Of a DNA stretch of 52,993 nucleotides, positions 1-7,514 are shown piece after piece. The notes below the pieces were generated by a model. The model made no database searches, had not been told where the DNA came from, and saw nothing but the letters and a program-made list of their open reading frames with translations. The stretch covers positions 1-52,993 of the IMG/VR virus record IMGVR_UViG_3300048834_000646; one strand, written 5' to 3'. The stretch's first letter is position 1, and each line of letters starts with the position of its first letter. Made by a program: the position numbers and the translations under genes. The DNA is from a virus (Duplodnaviria > Caudoviricetes).

Positions 1-23
1 CTCCCGGGCGGTCGCCTCTTTCA
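1..23. repeat. Terminal direct repeat, left copy (23 bp)
   Basis: CTCCCGGGCGGTCGCCTCTTTCA is identical to 52970-52992; the next base differs (G vs T). Confidence 0.95.
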
Positions 24-37
24 GGGAGAGTACTCGG

Positions 38-427
38 ATGGGACAGAACGGGAAGCCGGATCTGGACGCGGCGACGCTTGCCGCGCACGGGCAGCTCGCC
101 ATGCAGCAGCTGCTCAACCAGGCGGCCGGCCAGCGCTACATCGATCATCGCAACGTGATGCAGGCCGCGGTCAACCTGCTCGAGTCGATCGACCTGCCGA
201 TGATCATCACGGTGACGGCCGCGCGGCTTCGCCAGATCGAGGAGGGCGGCGGGGACGCGGCGGATATTGCGATCGAGAAGATGGCGCTGGTCGTGGCGCG
301 ATCGCTCCTGAGCGCGCAGCAGAGCTGCCGGCGCGCGCACGACGCGGCCGCGGCGCGCGCGGCCTCCGGGATCGAGACACCGGCGGGCGGAGCGGAAGGC
401 GAGGGCGGCCGGATCGTCCTCCTGTAG
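38..427 (+). CDS. hypothetical protein
   Basis: 129-aa ORF, GGGAG upstream, GC3-rich codons. Confidence 0.7.
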   Translation: MGQNGKPDLDAATLAAHGQLAMQQLLNQAAGQRYIDHRNVMQAAVNLLESIDLPMIITVTAARLRQIEEGGGDAADIAIEKMALVVARSLLSAQQSCRRAHDAAAARAASGIETPAGGAEGEGGRIVLL

Positions 428-501
428 CGACTGCTTGTGCCGCGCCGAGCCGCCCTGTACTTTCTCCTCACCCGTCACGCTTTCCCGGAAGAGGTCACGC
501 C

Positions 502-708
502 ATGCCCGAGCAGTGCAAGCGGTGCCGCAAGCACCGGACGGAGGCCAAGCTCGACCGCCTCCTGACGACTACGGCGCAGATCCTCGAGCTGTCCATGTCG
601 CTCGTGGAGTTGGCCCTGGAAGACGACGCGGAGCTGGAGAAGATCGAGGCCATGCGAAACCAGCTGCGCTCACGCCGGGAGAAACTGGCTGCAGCCATAG
701 CGAGTTGA
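502..708 (+). CDS. hypothetical protein (N-terminal CxxC, coiled coil)
   Basis: GAGG RBS; CKRC motif followed by an amphipathic helix. Confidence 0.65.
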   Translation: MPEQCKRCRKHRTEAKLDRLLTTTAQILELSMSLVELALEDDAELEKIEAMRNQLRSRREKLAAAIAS

Positions 709-757
709 CGCAGTACCCCGCAGGATCCTTTTCACCATTCGCTCAGGGATACACACC

Positions 758-1066
758 ATGACCGGACCACGCCCGACCCCGCGGCTCGATGCCCTCACGG
801 CCGAAGTCGCCGCCACCACCACCGTTGAAGATTCGGTGCTCCAGTTCATCGACGGCCTGCAGGAGCAGCTCGCGGAAGCGATCGCCTCCGGCGATCCCGT
901 CGAGCTCGAGAACCTCACGGCCGCCCTCGCGACGAAGCGCGAAGCGATCGCCGCGGCCATCTCGGCCGAGACGCCGTCGTCCGGCGACGGCACCACCGGC
1001 AGCGGTGATACCGGCAGCGCCAGCCCGGGCACCGGCCCGGTGGACGAGGACGGCGACGAGGGCTAA
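758..1066 (+). CDS. hypothetical coiled-coil protein with acidic Gly/Ser tail
   Basis: AGGGA RBS; typical codon usage. Confidence 0.75.
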   Translation: MTGPRPTPRLDALTAEVAATTTVEDSVLQFIDGLQEQLAEAIASGDPVELENLTAALATKREAIAAAISAETPSSGDGTTGSGDTGSASPGTGPVDEDGDEG

Positions 1067-1091
1067 CCTCGGCGCAGGGCTTTGAGGGACA

Positions 1092-1134
1092 GACGAAGCG
1101 CCGATCTCCGCAGTCCGGAGGTCGGCGCTTTGTC
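1092..1134. terminator. Hairpin between convergent genes, probable bidirectional terminator
   Basis: GACGAAGCGCCGATCTCCG / CGGAGGTCGGCGCTTTGTC: 19-bp stem with two G-U pairs, 5-nt loop. Confidence 0.75.
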
Positions 1135-1152
1135 GTGGTCAGCCGGCGCGGG

Positions 1153-1689
1153 CTAGAAGATCAGGTCGGCGATCGACCACGCGCGCGGCCGCAGCGCGGC
1201 GCGCTGGTAGAGGGGATGGCAGGGCTCCGCCGTGCGCCTGGTGAAGCCGAGCACGAACAGCGGCAGCCCCTCGAGGAGCCGCAGCACCTCATGCACGCGC
1301 GGCCGCTCCGCCCTGGCTCCCCACGCGCAGAGGACCAGACCGGCTGCCCGCGCTTGGGTCTGGATGTGCCAATCGTTGTCGGGCCCGATCACGGCGGCGC
1401 GCCGAAGCGCGTCCGACTGGCCGGGGAGCGTCCGGACGGCCTCCGGATCCGTCGAGCGCAGGGCGTAGAGATTCGTGACGACCAGCGCGGGGTAGCCCCA
1501 CTCGCGAGCGTACCGGAGGCACCGGCGGATCGTCGGATCATCCTGCTCCGCGGTCGCGGTCGACGGATTCAGCATGAGGAAGTTGCAGGGGGCCCCGGGA
1601 GCCCATCGGCGCTCGAGGCGGTAGCGGAGGAGCCCGCAGGGGCTGAAGGCGGCCAGAGAGGCCATAGGGACCGGGGGCGGGGCCTTCAA
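1153..1689 (-). CDS. DUF1643 family protein
   Basis: YRLERRW, FLMLNPSTA, DDPTIRRC, VTNLYALRSTDP, AWG, PCHPLY motifs; 4-bp overlap with the upstream rep gene. Confidence 0.9.
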   Translation of the reverse strand: MKAPPPVPMASLAAFSPCGLLRYRLERRWAPGAPCNFLMLNPSTATAEQDDPTIRRCLRYAREWGYPALVVTNLYALRSTDPEAVRTLPGQSDALRRAAVIGPDNDWHIQTQARAAGLVLCAWGARAERPRVHEVLRLLEGLPLFVLGFTRRTAEPCHPLYQRAALRPRAWSIADLIF

Positions 1690-2321
1690 AGCTCGATACG
1701 CAGCTGGTCATCCGGCAGGACGTGGTCCGGCCGTGAGGGAGCGAGGATCGCGCGCCAATCGCACGCCGTGCCGATGAGCTCCGGCTGGCCGCTTTTTCTC
1801 TCGCGCTTGCGCCCTTCTTCGTTAGAAAACTTAGAAGTCGTTGGTAGATCACCGGTGATCCCCGCCGAGGGATCATCCGTGATCCGCGCGGGGATCATGG
1901 GTGATCCCCGCTCCGCCTTCCGCGGGCGGCTCAGGGTGAGGAGCGTCGCGCTGACCTGTTGGGGAGCCTTGACCCGCTTCATCGAGCCGTGCTCGGGATG
2001 CCGCCAGCGATAGATCGAGGCGCGCTTCACCGGCCCGCGCGACTGCAGCTCGACCTCGAGCCAGCCGCACCGGACGAGCTGCGCGATCGCGCGCTTGATC
2101 GTCGGCACCGAGACGCCGCCCACCTCGGCCAGATCGGCCTGGGAGGGGCGGCACTCGCCGCGCTCGTTCATGTAGCCGCCGATGAGGCCGGCGACGCCTT
2201 TCGTGGTCAGGTGCAGGCGGCGATCGAGGATCAGCTCCCACGGCACGATCGAGGCGGTCCGGCGGTCGTTCAGGGGCGGGACGTAGGGCCGCACGATCGT
2301 GCGGCGCGAGGGGGCCGTCAT
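1686..2321 (-). CDS. Phage replication initiator, N-terminal winged helix (HTH_36-like)
   Basis: CRPSQADLAEVGGVSVPTIKRAIAQLVRCGWL followed by a wing; iterons lie inside the gene. Confidence 0.75.
   Translation of the reverse strand: MTAPSRRTIVRPYVPPLNDRRTASIVPWELILDRRLHLTTKGVAGLIGGYMNERGECRPSQADLAEVGGVSVPTIKRAIAQLVRCGWLEVELQSRGPVKRASIYRWRHPEHGSMKRVKAPQQVSATLLTLSRPRKAERGSPMIPARITDDPSAGITGDLPTTSKFSNEEGRKRERKSGQPELIGTACDWRAILAPSRPDHVLPDDQLRIEL
1793..1910. other. Putative replication origin: three palindromic iterons GATCA-N4-TGATC plus an adjacent AT-rich tract
   Basis: Iterons at 1847-1860, 1871-1884, 1893-1906; AT-rich TTCTTCGTTAGAAAACTTAGAA beside them; inside the rep gene as in lambda O. 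Confidence 0.65.
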
Positions 2322-2474
2322 GGCAGGAGGGGCATGGGAGGTCCGGAAGAAAAGAGTCGCCCTGTCCTGCCTGTGGAGGTGTCCTCAGCGGGCGCTGATG
2401 ACCAGGCGCTTCAGGGCGATTCAGGCGTGGCGGCGAGCTCCTCGGCACGGCTCCAACCGTGCCCCGGGTGCCAC

Positions 2475-2563
2475 AGTATAGCCAAGCCGCGGCCGGGGAC
2501 GCCACCCCGGCTGTGCCGGGGCGCGGTCTACTTGCCAACTAGCGCACCGCCGCTATATATAGC
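2475..2563. promoter_or_regulatory. Divergent promoter region between rep and RHH genes
   Basis: Rightward TTGCCA (2532-2537) followed by the palindrome GCTATATATAGC (2552-2563); leftward -10 TATACT (complement of 2475-2480). Confidence 0.5.
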
Positions 2564-2594
2564 CGCTGGCCCCACCACAGAACCGAGGCAATCG

Positions 2595-3014
2595 ATGGGA
2601 CGAAAGAGGACCGCAACGCGCGAGCGCAGGACGCCCGAGCAGGTCGCGGCGGAAGGAAGCACGATCACGATCGCTGCCGCGTTCCCTCCGGATCTCGCGG
2701 CCCATCTCAAGACGCTGCGCGGGACCACCGGTCGATCGGTCAGCTCGATGATCGTGGAGGCCGTGCGCCTGTGGATGGATCCCCCGGCCAGCGCGGGCCC
2801 GATCGGCAACGGGCCGTCCCCGCGCGCGCTCCCCGACGCAGGGGCCGCGGCCGAGGATCTCGCGGGCCTGTCGCCGGCGGACCGAGAGGCGATCGAGAAG
2901 TATCAGCGCGAGATCGCGGAGGGCGGGTCGGGCTTCACGCCTTCGGCCGACAGCGTGCGGCCGCCGCCGCTCCCCACTCTTCCGGAGATCCCTTGGCAGG
3001 ATCTTCCGCAGTAG
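2595..3014 (+). CDS. Ribbon-helix-helix-like DNA-binding protein
   Basis: GAGG RBS before ATG 2595; TITIAAAFPPDLAAHLKTLRGTTGRSVSSMIVEAVRLWM fits strand-helix-helix. Confidence 0.65.
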   Translation: MGRKRTATRERRTPEQVAAEGSTITIAAAFPPDLAAHLKTLRGTTGRSVSSMIVEAVRLWMDPPASAGPIGNGPSPRALPDAGAAAEDLAGLSPADREAIEKYQREIAEGGSGFTPSADSVRPPPLPTLPEIPWQDLPQ

Positions 3015-3148
3015 CACAAACACAACGCGCCACCGGAGGCCGGTGACGCGCTGCGTCAGGGAAGCACCCACAGGAGAAGCCGTCAGCGCGACACTCGGAG
3101 CCGCGTCGACAGACCAGTATACCTGCTCCGGATTGAGGACCGCAAGAC

Positions 3149-4504
3149 ATGGGAACCACAGGGAACCCCTTCGCTCCCGCAGTGCGCCAGCGACGGCCGA
3201 TGCGTATCGCCGTCACCGGCCCGTCGGGCTCGGGGAAATCAGAAAGCGCGCTGCGGATCGCGCGCCAGATCGTCGGCCCCTCGGGACGCATCGCCGCGAT
3301 CGACACGGAGAACGACGAGCTGCTGCTGTACGCGAACGACCCGGGCATCGGGAGCTTCGATCACGTCTCGTTGCGCCCGCCGTATCACACCTCGAAATAC
3401 CTTGAGCTGATGAGGTTCGCGGTCGACCAGAAATACGACGCGCTCGTCGTCGACTCGATGACGCACCAGTGGGCCGGCGAGGGCGGGATCCTGCAGCGCA
3501 AGGACCTGGCGGACGCGAAGCCGGGAAGCAACCCCTGGGTGAATTGGGGGCCCTTCACGATCGAGCACAACGCCTTCGTCGCCACCCTGCTCAACTATCC
3601 CCTCTGGATCATCTGCACGCTGCGCAGCAAGACCGAGTACACGCAGGAGGGCTCAGGCCGCGGCTCGAAGATCGTCAAGCTCGGGACCGCGCCGATCACG
3701 CGCGAGGGCACCGACTACGAGTTCTCCCTCGTCTTCGACATGGACACCACGCACCACGCGACCGCGATCAAAGGCCGCGGCGCGATCACGGCCAAGTTCG
3801 AGGGGCATCGGCTCGACTTCCGAGATCCGCGCTGGGTGAAGGAGATCCTCGACTGGCAGGCGAGCGCGGAGGAGCCGCCGCCGCCGGTCACCGAGGCGCA
3901 GGTCGCCACGCTGGCCGACCTGGCCAAGGATCCGCTCTGGACCGAGAAGGAGGCCGGGGCGATCCTGAGGAAGGGCTCGCAGCTCCGTCTCGCGAGCGAG
4001 ATGGAGGACTTCCTCGCCGAAGGCGTCGCCGCGCTGGTCGATCGGCGCAGGAAGGCCGGCGGGGAGGAGGGCGAGAGCGAGGCCGAGGACGAGGGAGCCG
4101 GCGAGGGGGAGGATCCCCAGCCGGCCGAGGAGCCGCCGCGGGCGCAGGACGACTTCTCCGAGCCCCCGGCGGTCCTCCTGCAGCAGACGGCCGAGGACGC
4201 GGCGCTCGAGCGGCAGCTCGACGCGGCGCAGGCCGGTGCCGCGGGCGAGGAGCAGCCCTCGCTGCTCCCGAAGGAGCCTGAGGCTGAGCCGGTGCCGAAG
4301 GCGACGCATGCGGTACCGGTCGAGGCCCTCGAGCCGCTCGAGCCGCTCGAGCCGCTCGGCGGCGGATCCGCGCGCGTCGACTGGCGCGGCGTGCTCGGCG
4401 GAAAGGCTCCGACGCCGCCGATCACGGATCCGGTCCCGCTCAAGACCAACCCGCGCCCTTTCGCCCCGGCTCCGGTGAAGGGCGAGGACGATCTTCCTTA
4501 CTGA
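3149..4504 (+). CDS. AAA_24 / Sak4-like ATPase (single-strand annealing) with long acidic C-terminal tail
   Basis: Walker A GPSGSGKS, AIDTE, Walker B LVVDS, WAGEGG; ends GEDDLPY. Confidence 0.8.
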   Translation: MGTTGNPFAPAVRQRRPMRIAVTGPSGSGKSESALRIARQIVGPSGRIAAIDTENDELLLYANDPGIGSFDHVSLRPPYHTSKYLELMRFAVDQKYDALVVDSMTHQWAGEGGILQRKDLADAKPGSNPWVNWGPFTIEHNAFVATLLNYPLWIICTLRSKTEYTQEGSGRGSKIVKLGTAPITREGTDYEFSLVFDMDTTHHATAIKGRGAITAKFEGHRLDFRDPRWVKEILDWQASAEEPPPPVTEAQVATLADLAKDPLWTEKEAGAILRKGSQLRLASEMEDFLAEGVAALVDRRRKAGGEEGESEAEDEGAGEGEDPQPAEEPPRAQDDFSEPPAVLLQQTAEDAALERQLDAAQAGAAGEEQPSLLPKEPEAEPVPKATHAVPVEALEPLEPLEPLGGGSARVDWRGVLGGKAPTPPITDPVPLKTNPRPFAPAPVKGEDDLPY

Positions 4505-4568
4505 CGCCATCCCCGGGCCGCGCGCACCTCCGCGCGCGGTCCCCCGGCGCGTCCGCTCTGGAGCCACT

Positions 4569-5207
4569 ATGTCGTTCCGCGCAGTGTTTTGGGACTTGGA
4601 GACTTCCGGCCTCTCGTTTGAGAAGGGCGCGAAGGTGATCGAGATCGGGGCGCTGATTGTCGAGCCCGATGGGACGGAGGTCGAGCAGTCCTGGCTGCTG
4701 AAGCATCCGGGGCTGCAGCTCTCGCAGGAGATCGTGGATCTCACCGGCATCACCAACGAGCTGCTCGAGGCGGAGGGCCGCGATCCGGCCGCCTGCATGG
4801 CGGAGTTCCTGCCGCTCTTCGATGGCCGGCAGCACGTCACGCACAACGGGCTCCGCTTCGACGTGCCGTTCCTCCTGCACACGGCGCGCGTGACGCTCGG
4901 GCTGACGATCCACGAGGTGGCCGCGCTCTCCGCGGATCTCGATCGCGAGATCCTCGACACCGCCGTGATGTTCAAGGCGCGCAAGCTCCGGGAGGTACCG
5001 CGCCCGGAGGAATCCTTTCACTCCTTCGGCAAGCGGATCATGGCCATTCGCGCGCTGGGCCTGAAATACAATCTGCGCGCCTGCTGCGACTGGCACGGCA
5101 TCGATATCAGCGATCTCCAGCAGCACCGCGCGCTCGGCGACGTGCACGCCACGCGCCGGCTCTTCAACGCCCTCGTGGCGAGCCCGGGCAGCGCCGATGA
5201 GTCGTAA
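4569..5207 (+). CDS. DEDDh 3'-5' exonuclease (DnaQ-like)
   Basis: WDLETSG, HNGLRFD, LDT, HRALGDV motifs. Confidence 0.92.
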   Translation: MSFRAVFWDLETSGLSFEKGAKVIEIGALIVEPDGTEVEQSWLLKHPGLQLSQEIVDLTGITNELLEAEGRDPAACMAEFLPLFDGRQHVTHNGLRFDVPFLLHTARVTLGLTIHEVAALSADLDREILDTAVMFKARKLREVPRPEESFHSFGKRIMAIRALGLKYNLRACCDWHGIDISDLQQHRALGDVHATRRLFNALVASPGSADES

Positions 5208-5586
5208 GCGGAAGAAGGCCCCCGCGCCGGCACGGCGCTGGGTACCGCACAGCGCCACGAACCGGCTCTGGCGCGCGGTGCGCCGGGGGCGCGAGGCCCA
5301 CCGGGACGAGGTCCAGCGTGGCCACGAGGACAAGCTCGCGCGCCTCGTGGCGCTCGGGCAATGCGACGCGCGGCCGCGTGGCCAGTACAGCTGGCGCATC
5401 GTGACGAGGGAGCCGCCGCAGGAGGTGGACTTTTGGTCCCGCACCGGTCGCTGGCGGACGCCGGACGGGAGGCGGGAGGGGCAGGGCTGGCACACGCTGC
5501 TCGCCTTCCTGCGCATCACCCCGAAGAAGCGGAAAACTGTTGCACGTGGAACATCTCACACCAAGGGAGAGACAGGGACGCCATGA
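5197..5586 (+). CDS. hypothetical basic protein
   Basis: Overlap-coupled to both neighbours; VDFWSRTGRW motif. Confidence 0.65.
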   Translation: MSRKRKKAPAPARRWVPHSATNRLWRAVRRGREAHRDEVQRGHEDKLARLVALGQCDARPRGQYSWRIVTREPPQEVDFWSRTGRWRTPDGRREGQGWHTLLAFLRITPKKRKTVARGTSHTKGETGTP

Positions 5587-6224
5587 CGAAGAAGACCACG
5601 AAGAAGAAGAGCGCCGCGCGCCGCGGGGAGATCCCCCTCCGGCCGCCGGTCGGGAAGCTCACCACCGCGGACCGTCGGCTGCTGATCCGCGCGCAGGAGG
5701 ATCTCAGCAAGGTCGTCTCGGCCGCGAAGTCTGCGCTCGAGAAGCTGCAGGCCACCTCGCCGGATCTCTCGCAGATCGCGATCGAGTCGCACCGGCTCGG
5801 GCAGCTCCTCACCGAGTCGCACGATCGCGAGGAATGGACCTTCGATGAGGACCGGCGCGAGATCGCCGTGCAGGCGCTGGTCATCCTCCTGGGCAAGCTC
5901 GACAAGATCCGCGGGGATCAGGTCGCGCTCACGATCCTGCCCAACGACACCGATCACGTCATCACGCACACGAAGGAGCTCGCCGCGCTGATCCATGGCG
6001 CGCCGCTCGGGCTCGAGGAGGACAAGCAGGAGGAGTTCGGTGAGCTGACCGTGCCGGTCGCGCCGGCCGTCGAGGAGACCGAAGACGAGCGGATCGCCCG
6101 CGAGGACGCGGAGTTCCTTGCCGGCGGCCCGCAGCACCGCGCCGGGAGCAAGGCCGCGGAGCCGAGCGATCCCAAGGGGCGTCATGGCATGAAGGTCGAG
6201 CGGGGAGGGCCGATCGATGAGTAG
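5583..6224 (+). CDS. hypothetical protein
   Basis: Start reassigned to ATG 5583 (ATGA overlap, AGGGA RBS). Confidence 0.7.
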   Translation: MTKKTTKKKSAARRGEIPLRPPVGKLTTADRRLLIRAQEDLSKVVSAAKSALEKLQATSPDLSQIAIESHRLGQLLTESHDREEWTFDEDRREIAVQALVILLGKLDKIRGDQVALTILPNDTDHVITHTKELAALIHGAPLGLEEDKQEEFGELTVPVAPAVEETEDERIAREDAEFLAGGPQHRAGSKAAEPSDPKGRHGMKVERGGPIDE

Positions 6225-7212
6225 CGACACCGCCGCAGCTCCGCCGCCGAACAATCCGAGCGTCTACGTCATCGAGGAAGAGGCCCGCCGGCTGGATCTC
6301 CTGCTCGCCGAAAGCGACGGGGAGCTGACGCCGGAGATCGAGGCCTGGTGGGATCAGCACAAGCTGGAAGCCGCGAAGAAGGTCGACCGGATCAGCTCGG
6401 TGCACCGCCGCCTGTCGGCCGAGGTGGGCATGGTCGATGAGGAGATCACCCGGCTGAAGGGACTCAAGGTCGCGAAGCAGAACGCGATCGCCAGCGTGGA
6501 GGAGTTGGTCGACCGGCTCTTCACCGCGCTCGGCGTGTCGGAGATTTCCGGACCGACCGGCGGCACCTGGAAGCGCATCGGCAAGGGCGGCACGCGATCG
6601 ATGGACGGCTCCCGGCTCACCCTCGAGGCGCTGCAGCAGGTCGCGCCGCAGCTGATCGAGCATCCGGCCCCGACCACGCCGCCGGACCGACCGGACACCG
6701 CGCGCGCCCGGGAGATCATGGACGACGCCGCGCGGCGCTTTGCCGCCCGGATGGAAATGGAAGCGGCCAATCGGGGCGAGAAGAACGACTTCAACATCGA
6801 CGCCTATCGGCTGCTGCTCGTGGCGGAGCATATCCGCGAGGAGCGCGAGATGCGGGGAGAGGAGCTGGAGCGCGCGGCCGCGGCGGAGCGGGATCACCAC
6901 GCCTTCGAAGAGACGGTGGGCGAGGAGACGCGCCTGTGGCGCGTGGCGGCGATTGCGGCGATCCCCGGCGACTACGCCGAGGGCGAAGCGCAGCCCAGCC
7001 TGGTCGCGCTGCAGCGCGTGCGGCAGGCGGCCGATTTCGAGGCCGCGAGCGATTGGGAGCTGGTCGTGCACGTGACGCCGGCCGACAGCCCGGGCGACCT
7101 GCCGGCCGGCGCGCGGATCCTCGCGTCGATCGAGCCGCGGGGCTACACCGTCAAGCTCCGCACGCCCAGCCCGAAGCCGTCGAAGAAGCTGCTCGCGAAG
7201 GAGGCGTCCTGA
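6217..7212 (+). CDS. Siphovirus Gp157-like protein with internal insertion
   Basis: LLAESDGELTPEIEA...KKVDRI...EEITRLK coiled-coil N-terminus; LPAGARI-type C-terminus. Confidence 0.65.
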   Translation: MSSDTAAAPPPNNPSVYVIEEEARRLDLLLAESDGELTPEIEAWWDQHKLEAAKKVDRISSVHRRLSAEVGMVDEEITRLKGLKVAKQNAIASVEELVDRLFTALGVSEISGPTGGTWKRIGKGGTRSMDGSRLTLEALQQVAPQLIEHPAPTTPPDRPDTARAREIMDDAARRFAARMEMEAANRGEKNDFNIDAYRLLLVAEHIREEREMRGEELERAAAAERDHHAFEETVGEETRLWRVAAIAAIPGDYAEGEAQPSLVALQRVRQAADFEAASDWELVVHVTPADSPGDLPAGARILASIEPRGYTVKLRTPSPKPSKKLLAKEAS

Positions 7213-7442
7213 TGAGCTTCAGTCACGCGCACCTGAGCCAGCGCGAGAAGATCGAGCGCCTCAGCGCGCTCGCCGGCGCGATCAGCACGAAGCAGGCGGA
7301 GATCGAGGTCCTGCAGCGCGAGCATCGCTCGCTCGAGTGGGATCTCACGCACAACCTCATGCCGAAAACGCGAAAGCGGAAACCGCCGGCGGAGAAGGCG
7401 GAGCCGCCGGCCGCGGCGGATGCAGGATCGGCCGAGGGGTAG
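7212..7442 (+). CDS. hypothetical protein
   Basis: TGATG coupling, GGAGG RBS. Confidence 0.7.
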   Translation: MSFSHAHLSQREKIERLSALAGAISTKQAEIEVLQREHRSLEWDLTHNLMPKTRKRKPPAEKAEPPAAADAGSAEG

Positions 7443-7514
7443 CACGCAGTCTCAGGGAGGCGCAGGACTCTCCCGGCATCCCGCCGGGGGAGCATCACAG
7501 GGAGAAGCGAAACG

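Noticed and set aside
3015-3148. Possible ncRNA or shared motif CACAGG(G)AGAAGC (also near 7495)
   Set aside because: Only two imperfect copies, largely explained by SD-like sequence; the hairpins are short
4328-4357. CTCGAGCCG x3 tandem repeat (and ACTCCGAGTTC x2 near 17688-17710)
   Set aside because: Short in-frame slippage repeats in disordered protein regions; no sign of function
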